A stretch of DNA of 64,000 nucleotides, taken from an uncultured Acidimicrobiales bacterium (GTDB lineage: Bacteria; Actinomycetota; Acidimicrobiia; Acidimicrobiales; CAWCAL01). The stretch's first letter is position 1; each line of letters begins with the position of its first letter. Below the pieces are notes generated by a model that saw only the letters and a program-made list of their open reading frames with translations, made no database searches and had not been told where the DNA came from. Both the position numbers and the translations under genes were made by a program. The stretch is taken from positions 1,616,904 to 1,680,903 of the forward strand of contig CAVOFR010000007.1 in assembly GCA_963695075.1 (NCBI GenBank). Reading direction: 5' to 3'. Of this stretch, positions 27,151-34,845 are shown piece after piece.

Positions 27151-28347
27151 ATGCCGAAGACCATCGCCATCACACCGTCGTGGTACTGGCCGACCGGCTG
27201 TCCGCGCGTGACCGGCGTGCCGCCGTTCCGACTCGACGAGATACTGGTCGAGAGGTGGGCGCGTCACCGGCCCGATGAGCCGGCGGTCGTCGACGAGCAT
27301 CAGCGCCTGTCTTTCTCGGAGCTGCTCGCCGTTGTCGACGAGGCGGCGGGGGCGTTGAGGGACCGGGCCGGCGAAGGCCCGGTGGCCTTCTGCGCCGGTC
27401 CGAGCGTCGAAGGGGCGGTGCTCCTGTTGGCCCTGGCGCGCTCCGGTGTGCGCGCCCACTTCCTCGATCCTTCGCTTCCGGCGAGCGCGATACCGGGAGC
27501 GACGATGGCCTGCGCGGACGAGGTCGGGTCGGCGACAGCAGCGGCCGCCGGGCTAGCGGTGTCACGGCTGGCTGACCTGTCGGGATCCGCGTCGACCGGA
27601 GCGTCGTCCCAGCCGGGCACCGGCCTGAACGACCCGGTCGTCGCCGTGGCCGGCGGCGATGACCTCGTGTGGCACTCCAACCGGTCGCTGCTCGCGGGTG
27701 CGGTGTCGCTCGGAACCTTCCTCGGAACCGGGTCCGGCAGGCCATGGCTCAGCACGGCCGCTCCATCCACGTGGGAGGGGATCTACGGTCTGGCCGTGCC
27801 GCTGGCCTCCGGTGTGACAGCGGTCCTGGCGCCACCGGGGGAGGCAGCGCTGGATCTCATGTCGCGCGAAGGAGTCGGCGCTTCCTGTTGGACACTCGAG
27901 GACGCCTTCGCGGCGACTCGCGAGGCCAAGAGGCAGGTCAAGGCGCTCAGGGGGGTTCAGGACTTCATGGTGCTCACCACCGGACGCCTGTTCGACCCCG
28001 ATCAGCGGCGACGGGTGGGGAAGCTGTTCGACACCGCGGCTCTGACCGTGTTCGGCCAGGCCGAGACGGGGCCGATCTTCGCTTCCCATGCCTCCTGGTA
28101 TCTCGACGAATCGGTGGGTATCCCGCTCTCGAACGCGTGGGTCGTCCCGGTCGATCCGCGATCGGGCAACCCGATCCCGACGCTGTGGGAGCTCGTCGAG
28201 TCGGCCATGGTCACCGTGTGGTCCCCTTCCCTGTTCGTCGGCTACGGGGGTGAGGCTCATCCGGAGCGGTTCCGCGACGGCAGGTTCTCGACGGGGATCA
28301 TCGCCAGCTCCGACGCCAACGGCATGATCTACCTGCTGCCCGACTGA
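27151..28347 (+). CDS. Adenylate-forming (ANL/acyl-CoA-synthetase) homolog, degenerate and lacking the C-terminal subdomain
   Basis: 398 aa. ANL-like HRPDEPAVVDEHQRLSFSELL, FGQAETGP (YGxTE-like) and FSTGIIASSDANGMIYLLPD, then a stop. No SGTTGxPKG P-loop; the corresponding stretch reads VAVAGGDDLVWHSN. Confidence 0.55.
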   Translation: MPKTIAITPSWYWPTGCPRVTGVPPFRLDEILVERWARHRPDEPAVVDEHQRLSFSELLAVVDEAAGALRDRAGEGPVAFCAGPSVEGAVLLLALARSGVRAHFLDPSLPASAIPGATMACADEVGSATAAAAGLAVSRLADLSGSASTGASSQPGTGLNDPVVAVAGGDDLVWHSNRSLLAGAVSLGTFLGTGSGRPWLSTAAPSTWEGIYGLAVPLASGVTAVLAPPGEAALDLMSREGVGASCWTLEDAFAATREAKRQVKALRGVQDFMVLTTGRLFDPDQRRRVGKLFDTAALTVFGQAETGPIFASHASWYLDESVGIPLSNAWVVPVDPRSGNPIPTLWELVESAMVTVWSPSLFVGYGGEAHPERFRDGRFSTGIIASSDANGMIYLLPD

Positions 28348-28360
28348 GCCAGGTGGCGAT

Positions 28361-28975
28361 TCAGCCCGCCTGCGGTCGAGCGGTCCCGCCGTGATACGAA
28401 AAGCGGGCCTCGAGCGCCTCCCACTGGGCCGTGGTGATGGGATGGCGCGGCGGGTAGTGGCGGCGGGTGAGCTCGTCGAGCAGTGGCCCGTCGGTGGGGA
28501 CGAGCTCGCTGGACGACCACCTCACGAGAGCGAGCACGAAGGCGGCGAAACGCTGTTCGGGAGCCGGCTCCCGGGAGAGCAGCGGCTCGCAGAGATCCAC
28601 CGCTCGCTCGAGGCTGGCCTGGTGGGCCACCCAGAGGGACCGCTGGGGGTCTTCGGACCCACCGGCGAACCGGGCCCAGGCCGCGACGATGCCCGACGAT
28701 CGCTCGTCGACGTCGCAGACCGATGCCGCCTCGATGTCGGCCACCATGAGCCCGTTGACCGCGGACCACCATCGCGAGCCGGGCACCCGCCCCGAGTCGA
28801 TCTCCCAGTCCTGGAACTCGATCAGGGCCCGGCCGAGGCCGGGGGCCCGGCGTCCCGTCCCGGGGAACCGGCCGAAGAACCTCGTCATGGCGTCGCGCCG
28901 ACGCTCTGCGGGCAGCGCGGCGGCATCCTCGACCGCACGACAGGTGCCGCTCCGGCTGGTATCGTTCGGCTTCAT
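28361..28975 (-). CDS. Hypothetical protein (no recognisable domain)
   Basis: 204-aa ORF with strong third-position GC bias, divergent from the Rrf2 gene. I recognised no motif. Confidence 0.5.
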   Translation of the reverse strand: MKPNDTSRSGTCRAVEDAAALPAERRRDAMTRFFGRFPGTGRRAPGLGRALIEFQDWEIDSGRVPGSRWWSAVNGLMVADIEAASVCDVDERSSGIVAAWARFAGGSEDPQRSLWVAHQASLERAVDLCEPLLSREPAPEQRFAAFVLALVRWSSSELVPTDGPLLDELTRRHYPPRHPITTAQWEALEARFSYHGGTARPQAG

Positions 28976-29049
28976 ATCGAGGGAAATCCTATCGTCGAGT
29001 TGCGGCGGGGGTTCGCCTCGGGCCGAGCAAGCACGAGATCGGGTTCGAT

Positions 29050-29484
29050 TTGCGGCTGACCCTTACCAGACGGGGCGAGTACGGGGTCCGGCTCGTCCTG
29101 CACCTGGCGGCGCAGCCTCCCGGCACTCGTATGACAGCGGCCGCGATAGGGCGAGCATGTGAGATCCCCGCGGGAAACGTGCCCACGATCGTGAACGTTC
29201 TGTCGCGTGCGGGGATCCTGTCGTGCAACCCGGGGCGCAAGGGGGGCTGCACGCTGGCGCGTGAACCCGCCCAGATCACGATCCTGGACGTCGTCGAGGC
29301 GCTCGAGGGCTCGTTCGACGCCCCCAACTGCCTGCTCGATTCCCGGCGGTGCCACGACCACGACCCCGAGTGCGCCGTGCACGTGGCGTGGTCCGAGGGT
29401 CGCAGCGCTGCACTCGCCGCGTTGGCCGACACTTCGCTGGCCGACGCAGTCGAGCGCGAACGTGAGATCGCCGCCCGGGGCTGA
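29050..29484 (+). CDS. Rrf2-family (IscR/NsrR-like) transcriptional regulator with three clustered Cys
   Basis: LTRRGEYGVRLVLHLA..MTAAAIGRACEIPAGNVPTIVNVLSRAGIL winged-helix region. CLLDSRRCHDHDPEC (C-x6-C-x6-C). TTG start. Confidence 0.8.
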   Translation: MRLTLTRRGEYGVRLVLHLAAQPPGTRMTAAAIGRACEIPAGNVPTIVNVLSRAGILSCNPGRKGGCTLAREPAQITILDVVEALEGSFDAPNCLLDSRRCHDHDPECAVHVAWSEGRSAALAALADTSLADAVEREREIAARG

Positions 29485-29547
29485 GCCCCTCGTCGCCGGT
29501 GGGACGGTCCCCGGGTCGTGGCCCGTTCCCCGTGTGACAAATGCCCG

Positions 29548-29576
29548 TTGCCCTGGCATGCAACCATCGTTATGAT
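29548..29576 (+). promoter_or_regulatory. Candidate promoter TTGCCC-17 nt-TATGAT upstream of alpha-2, overlapped by inverted repeat ATCGT-N10-ACGAT (29566..29585)
   Basis: Hexamers and spacing read directly. The repeat straddles the -10 element, and the site is 40 nt upstream of the GTG start at 29616. Confidence 0.45.
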
Positions 29577-29615
29577 CGCTACGATTTCTCATCTTGTCGA
29601 TGGAAGGGGCCCGTC

Positions 29616-32444
29616 GTGAGTGTGGCACCAACGTCCGCGCAGGAGACGCGTAGCGGCGAGCAGACGTACCGGTCGCGTTGGACGTGGGATTCGGTTGCGT
29701 ACGGAACCCATTGCGTGGACTGCTACCCCGGCAATTGCTCTTACAAGGTCTACGTGCGCGACGGCCGGGTCCTGCGCGAGGAGCCGGCGGCCCGTTTCGG
29801 AACTCTCGAGGAGGGTGTGCCCGACTTCAATCCGATGGGGTGCAACAAGGGTGCGGCGTGGAGCCAGCAGCTCTACGACGGGGATCGCCTGCTCCATCCG
29901 TTGCGCCGAGTGGGGGAGCGGGGCTCGGGCGAGTGGGAGCAGATCAGCTGGGACGAGGCCTGTACCGAGATCGCCGATGCAATGCTCGACGCCATCGAGG
30001 CCGGCGGCCCCGAGGACATCGCCCGGGAAGGTACGCCCGAGATCGCCACCGTGGTTCCGACGGACCGTTTCTTCAACGTCTTCGGCGGCCGGGCCATGGA
30101 CCTGCACGCCTCCTTCAACGACTTCTCCATCGGGCTGCACGAGACCTTCGGCAAGTTCTGTCCCGTGTCGTCGGCCGACGACTGGTTCAAGTCCGAGCTC
30201 ATCCTCATCTGGCACATGAATCCCGCGTACACGCGGATCCCGATCTACCACTTCATGAACGAAGCGCGGTACCACGGCGCCGAGGTCGTCTCGATCTCCC
30301 CGGACCTGAACGCGTCGCACATGCACGCCGACATCCACGTTCCGATGACGTCGGGCAACGACGTCCCGTTCGCGTTGGCCATGGTGCAGGTCATCCTCGA
30401 AGAGGGGATCGCGGACGAGACGTTCATGCGTGAGCAGACCGACCTGCCCCTGCTGGTACGCACCGACACGGCGCGCTATCTCCGCCAGACCGACGTCGAG
30501 GGCGAGGGAGGCGGCGCCCTCGAGGACCAGCTCTACCAGTGGGACCCCGATGCCGGCCTGATGAAGGCCGACCGGGGCGACCTCCACCTGCACGGCCGTG
30601 CGGTGGCCCTGGACGGCAAGTACGAAGTGACGCTGCACGACGGGACACAGGCCGAGGTGGAGCCGGTCCTGGCCCGCCTCCGTCGGATGATCGACGCCGA
30701 CTACACGCCGGAGAAACAGCAGGCGATCACCTCGGTGCATCCGGACGTGGTTCGCCGCATAGCTCGGAAAGCGGCCACCAGTCGCACCAACATCATGTTG
30801 GGCTGGAACTCGTGCAAGTACTTCCACGGGGACCTGATCGAGCGATCGATGTGTCTGCTTCTGGCGGTGATCGGCAGCTGGGGCAAGCACGGCACGGGGA
30901 TCCGGTCCTGGACCGCCGGGATGATGGACGGTCAGGGCATGATCATGATGAAGGAGGCGCCCGGGCTGGAGGGCACCGAGCAGATCGTCAGCGCGCGCGA
31001 CACCGCCGTCGAGGCGATGCAGGCCATGGACCCGACCCTCACCGAGGAATTGGCGTCGCGAGCTATGGGCCGAGCTCTCATCCAGGCCACCGAGGGCGCC
31101 GCCGGAGGGTTCGGCGGCCCTGCCAGCGGTTCCGAGCCGTCGGTCGAGGCCTTCTGGTGGTACAACCACGCCGGTTTCGCCGAACGATGGAACACCCCGG
31201 GTTGGGGTGACGATTCGCTGCCCCGGAGCTTCGACGACTACTACAACGAAGCCATCGAGAGCGGGTGGTGGACCGGGCTCGACGGCCCCAAGCCCGAGCA
31301 TCCGCCCAAGGTGCTGATCGAATGCGGCGGCAACATGATCCGTCGTACCCGCGGGGGCAGGACGATCCTGTTGGACAGCTTGTGGCCCAAGCTCGACCTG
31401 ATCGTCTCGATCGATTTCCGGATCAGCGGCACCGGGCTGCACTCCGACATCCTCCTGCCCGCGGCGCAGCACTACGAGAAACTCGGCTACCACATCCCGA
31501 CGCCGCACCAGATGGTGTTGACGTTCTCGGACAAGGCGGCCGAGCCGGCGGGCGAGGCTCTGTCCGAGTGGGAGATCTATCAGCGGATCCTGAAGAAGCT
31601 CTCCGAACGTGCCGCAGACCGCGGGATCGAGGAGTACAAGAGCCGCAACGGACAGAAGTTCAAGACGGCTGACCTGTGGGAGCGCTACACGCTCGACGGA
31701 TACATGGCCGACGAGGAGGCGATGGCCGACGAGCTGGTTCGGGACGCGGCGTACATCGGTGTCGTCGACGAGACCACGTCGCTCGAGACCATGCGCGAAG
31801 AGGGTCAGGTGCGTCTCACCGGCTGGGGCATGTCGTCCTTCGCTCTGGCGCAGGCGTCACCGTTGGAGAAGGACCGTACCCACGTGCCGTTCCGCAACCA
31901 CGTCGAGCTGGGGCACCCGTTCCCGACCTACTCGCGGCGGGCCCAGTTCTACATCGACCATCCGTGGTGGCTCGAAGCCGGGGAGGAACTGCCGGTTCAC
32001 AAACCGAACCCGAAGGCCGGGGGAGATCACCCCCTGCGGATGACCTCGGGCCACAACCGGTGGAGCATCCACGCCATGAATCAGGCGAACCCGGTGATCC
32101 TCCAGACCCATCGGGGTGAGCCGTTGGTCGAGATCAGTCCGGGTGACGCCCAGGCCCGAGGGGTCGCTGACAACGACATGATCCGGATCTGGAACGACAT
32201 CGCCGAGTTCCGGTGCCGAGCCAAGGTGATGCCGAGCGTCATGCCCGGCCAGATCATCTCCTACAACGGCTGGGACCCGCATCAGTACCAGAACTGGGAT
32301 GGAGCCAACGAGATCGAGGCGGGGATGGTCAAGTGGATCGCCTTTGCCGGCGGCTACGGGCACATCAGCTACTCGCAGGCCGAGTGGCAGCCGATCCCCA
32401 CAGATCGCGGGGTCCCGTGCGACTTCGAGAGAGTTGAGGGATGA
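29616..32444 (+). CDS. Molybdopterin oxidoreductase catalytic subunit, EBDH/S25DH-like, alpha-2; no Tat signal
   Basis: GTG 29616 after GGAAGGGG, within ORF 29541..32444. Motifs: THCVDCYPGNC..NPMGCNKG. Candidate Mo-ligand Asp169 in ASFNDFSIGLHETFG. 942 aa. Confidence 0.85.
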   Translation: MSVAPTSAQETRSGEQTYRSRWTWDSVAYGTHCVDCYPGNCSYKVYVRDGRVLREEPAARFGTLEEGVPDFNPMGCNKGAAWSQQLYDGDRLLHPLRRVGERGSGEWEQISWDEACTEIADAMLDAIEAGGPEDIAREGTPEIATVVPTDRFFNVFGGRAMDLHASFNDFSIGLHETFGKFCPVSSADDWFKSELILIWHMNPAYTRIPIYHFMNEARYHGAEVVSISPDLNASHMHADIHVPMTSGNDVPFALAMVQVILEEGIADETFMREQTDLPLLVRTDTARYLRQTDVEGEGGGALEDQLYQWDPDAGLMKADRGDLHLHGRAVALDGKYEVTLHDGTQAEVEPVLARLRRMIDADYTPEKQQAITSVHPDVVRRIARKAATSRTNIMLGWNSCKYFHGDLIERSMCLLLAVIGSWGKHGTGIRSWTAGMMDGQGMIMMKEAPGLEGTEQIVSARDTAVEAMQAMDPTLTEELASRAMGRALIQATEGAAGGFGGPASGSEPSVEAFWWYNHAGFAERWNTPGWGDDSLPRSFDDYYNEAIESGWWTGLDGPKPEHPPKVLIECGGNMIRRTRGGRTILLDSLWPKLDLIVSIDFRISGTGLHSDILLPAAQHYEKLGYHIPTPHQMVLTFSDKAAEPAGEALSEWEIYQRILKKLSERAADRGIEEYKSRNGQKFKTADLWERYTLDGYMADEEAMADELVRDAAYIGVVDETTSLETMREEGQVRLTGWGMSSFALAQASPLEKDRTHVPFRNHVELGHPFPTYSRRAQFYIDHPWWLEAGEELPVHKPNPKAGGDHPLRMTSGHNRWSIHAMNQANPVILQTHRGEPLVEISPGDAQARGVADNDMIRIWNDIAEFRCRAKVMPSVMPGQIISYNGWDPHQYQNWDGANEIEAGMVKWIAFAGGYGHISYSQAEWQPIPTDRGVPCDFERVEG

Positions 32445-32445
32445 C

Positions 32446-33027
32446 ATGGAGCTGAAGCAATCCGATGGCGATCTCACATCGCCCGACGGCGACGGATGGT
32501 CCGAGGTGGAGGCCAGCGAGGTGACGTTGGCGCCGATACCCCTCGACGCCCAGCCCACCGAGTACATAAGGAACGCGTGGGCCGACCGTGGTTACGGGAC
32601 CGTCGGCCGGGCTTCGGTCGCGACAGCGCGCGCCGGCGATCAGGCTTTCGTGCGGATCGCCTGGGACGATCCGAGCGACGAGCACACCGAGTTCCATGAC
32701 GCGGCCGGCGTGTATTTCGGGGAGTCCGATTCCCCGGCCGCGACCATCGGAAGCGAATCGGCTCCGGTCGATCTGTGGTACTGGCAGGCGAACCTCGATG
32801 ACCCGAAGGGCCTGGTGGCCACCGGGCCGGGACGCTTCCGACCCAGCGAGTCCGAGGTCGGGGCGTCGGCGTCGCTGGAAGGCGGCCGCTGGACGGTCGT
32901 GTTGAGCGGCAGCCTCGATGGCCTCGGCTCCAACCTGGGTGTGGCCGTCTGGAACGGAACGAACGAGGAACGGGCGGGTATCGGCGCGGCGACCGCCGAC
33001 TGGGTCTCGCTGGAAATCGACCGATGA
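32446..33027 (+). CDS. EB_dh-type gamma subunit homolog (normally heme b binding); no signal peptide and no internal Met
   Basis: Internal ATG at 32446 of ORF 32299..33027. Family-typical VDLWYWQAN and VAVWNGTNEER. The position between alpha and beta supports the call. Confidence 0.65.
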   Translation: MELKQSDGDLTSPDGDGWSEVEASEVTLAPIPLDAQPTEYIRNAWADRGYGTVGRASVATARAGDQAFVRIAWDDPSDEHTEFHDAAGVYFGESDSPAATIGSESAPVDLWYWQANLDDPKGLVATGPGRFRPSESEVGASASLEGGRWTVVLSGSLDGLGSNLGVAVWNGTNEERAGIGAATADWVSLEIDR

Positions 33028-33040
33028 GGGAGGGCTCGAA

Positions 33041-34126
33041 ATGACCACGAGTGTGATGAAGCCGGAGTCGGGACCGATGCGACAGATCGCAATGGTGTTC
33101 GACCTGAACAAGTGCATGGGTTGCCAGGCGTGTTCGGTCGGTTGCAAGGTGCTGTGGACCCAGGAAGAGGGTGAAGAGCACCAGTGGTGGATGACCGTCA
33201 ACACCAAGCCCGGTCTGGGCACACCGAAGGGCTGGGAGGAGATGGGTGGCGGTGTCCACGGAGGCGAGCCGGTGCCGGGCCACCAGCCGACCCGTGCGGA
33301 GTTCGGCGGCGGCTGGGACTTCAACTATCAAGAGGTGTTCTACGGGGGCAAGGGCAACTCGGTACATCTCAAGCCCGAGGACAAGGGTGACGGAACGACC
33401 GAGTGGGGCATGAACTGGGACGAGGATCAAGGCGGCGGTGAGTACCCCAACGCCTACTACTTCTATCTTCCCCGCCTCTGCAACCACTGCACCCGGCCCG
33501 TGTGCGCCGAGGCGTGCCCCACGGGGGCCATGTACAAGCGCAGGGAGGACGGCATCGTCCTGCGCAACGAGGACGTGTGCCAGGGATCCCGGTTCTGCAT
33601 GGAGGCGTGCCCGTACAAGAAGATCTACTTCAACTACGCGCGGAACGTCGCCCAGCACTGCATCATGTGTTTCCCACGGCTCGAAGAGGGAGTCGCTCCG
33701 GTATGCGCCCGGCAGTGTCCGGGACGTCTCGCGTTCGTCGGGTACCTCGACGACGAGGAAGGGCCGATCCACAAGCTCGTGAACGAGTGGGGCGTGGCCC
33801 TGCCTCTCCACTCCGAGCACGGAACCGGTCCCAACATCTTCTACGTGCCACCGCTGGCGCCGCACCGGCTGAACGAGGACATGTCGATCGACTACGAGAC
33901 CCCGCGGATTCCGCCGGAGTACCTCGAGTCGCTCTTCGGGCCGAAGGTCCACACCGCCCTCGAGACGATCCAGTCCGAGCTCGAGACGGTACGCGGCGGC
34001 GGCTCTTCGGAGATCCTCGATACGCTCATCGTCTACCAATGGCAGGACCTGTTCGGGCCCTTCACGAACGATCCGGCTGATCTGGACCGGCCGCCGTCGA
34101 GCGTCCCGGTCGAGTTGAGGAGCTGA
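33041..34126 (+). CDS. Fe-S beta subunit (NarH/EbdB-like, four cluster motifs)
   Basis: CMGCQACSVGCK; CNHCTRPVCAEACP; CQGSRFCMEACPYKK; CIMCFPRLEEGVAPVCARQCPGR. At 361 aa it is EbdB/DdhB/SerB-sized rather than NarH-sized. Confidence 0.85.
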   Translation: MTTSVMKPESGPMRQIAMVFDLNKCMGCQACSVGCKVLWTQEEGEEHQWWMTVNTKPGLGTPKGWEEMGGGVHGGEPVPGHQPTRAEFGGGWDFNYQEVFYGGKGNSVHLKPEDKGDGTTEWGMNWDEDQGGGEYPNAYYFYLPRLCNHCTRPVCAEACPTGAMYKRREDGIVLRNEDVCQGSRFCMEACPYKKIYFNYARNVAQHCIMCFPRLEEGVAPVCARQCPGRLAFVGYLDDEEGPIHKLVNEWGVALPLHSEHGTGPNIFYVPPLAPHRLNEDMSIDYETPRIPPEYLESLFGPKVHTALETIQSELETVRGGGSSEILDTLIVYQWQDLFGPFTNDPADLDRPPSSVPVELRS

Positions 34127-34135
34127 GGTACCGAC

Positions 34136-34795
34136 ATGTTCGCCTATTCCCTGAGCGGCCTCGAGATCTCCGACGACGCCGGCGGCGTCACCGAGGTCGA
34201 GGAGAACGAGATCACAGCCCGCAGCGCCGTCTACCAGGTGCTGGGCCGGATCTTCACCGCGCCCGACACCGAGCACTACGAGATGGCCGGCAACGGGCAG
34301 TGGGTCAAGGAGCTCACCGAGGCGGCGGCTCTGCTCGACTTCGAGTGGGACATCGGTGAGTTCGCGCTGCCCGACGAGGCCGACAAGGCGGCCCACGTCG
34401 CCGAGTACGACCGGCTCTTCCTGGTGGCGAGTGGCGATGGAAAGCGCATCTGGGGCGGTGCGCGGGCCGATGACCGCGATCAGATGTTGACCGAGCTGGG
34501 CCGTTCCTATGAGTACTACGGCCTCGGTGGGGCCGGCGAGGACGTGCCGCTCGACCATCTCACCGCCGAGCTCGACTTCATGCAGTTCCTGACGTTCAAG
34601 GAGGCCGCTGCTTCGTCGCCCCGACTCGGCCGATCGTTCCGGCGGGCGCAGGTCGACTTCCTGGCCAAGCAGCTCGATTGGGTGACGGCGCTCGCCGCCG
34701 AGGCCAGGGACGACGACCCGTCGGTCTTCTGGGCGTGGGCCCTCGATCGGCTCGAGTCATTCCTCGAAGCGGACACCGAGGCCGCCGCCGGGTAG
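34136..34795 (+). CDS. TorD/NarJ-family maturation chaperone (delta subunit)
   Basis: 219 aa, acidic. SAVYQVLGRIFTAPD..EYDRLF..DHLTAELDFMQFL is typical of the family. It is the last gene of the alpha-gamma-beta-delta operon. Confidence 0.7.
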   Translation: MFAYSLSGLEISDDAGGVTEVEENEITARSAVYQVLGRIFTAPDTEHYEMAGNGQWVKELTEAAALLDFEWDIGEFALPDEADKAAHVAEYDRLFLVASGDGKRIWGGARADDRDQMLTELGRSYEYYGLGGAGEDVPLDHLTAELDFMQFLTFKEAAASSPRLGRSFRRAQVDFLAKQLDWVTALAAEARDDDPSVFWAWALDRLESFLEADTEAAAG

Positions 34796-34824
34796 GTGAA
34801 ACAGGGGTCGGCTCGACGTCTCGA

Positions 34825-34841
34825 CGAGCTCGGAGAGCTCG
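34825..34841. terminator. Possible bidirectional stem-loop (CGAGCTC-GGA-GAGCTCG) between convergent genes
   Basis: Perfect 7-bp stem with a 3-nt loop in the 50-nt gap between the stops at 34795 and 34846. No U-tract. Confidence 0.3.
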
Positions 34842-34845
34842 CCGG

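Noticed and set aside
29589-34558. Minus-strand ORFs 29589..31508 (639 aa) and 32474..34558 (694 aa).
   Set aside because: They are antisense to the alpha-2, gamma and beta genes, whose Fe-S and Mo-enzyme motifs are unambiguous.
21762-34795. Annotating the Mo-enzyme genes as respiratory nitrate reductase NarGHJI.
   Set aside because: The alphas are ~910-940 aa and the beta is 361 aa, which is EbdAB/SerAB/DdhAB size rather than NarG/NarH size. The third subunit is EB_dh-like, not a NarI membrane cytochrome. No narK-type transporter is present.
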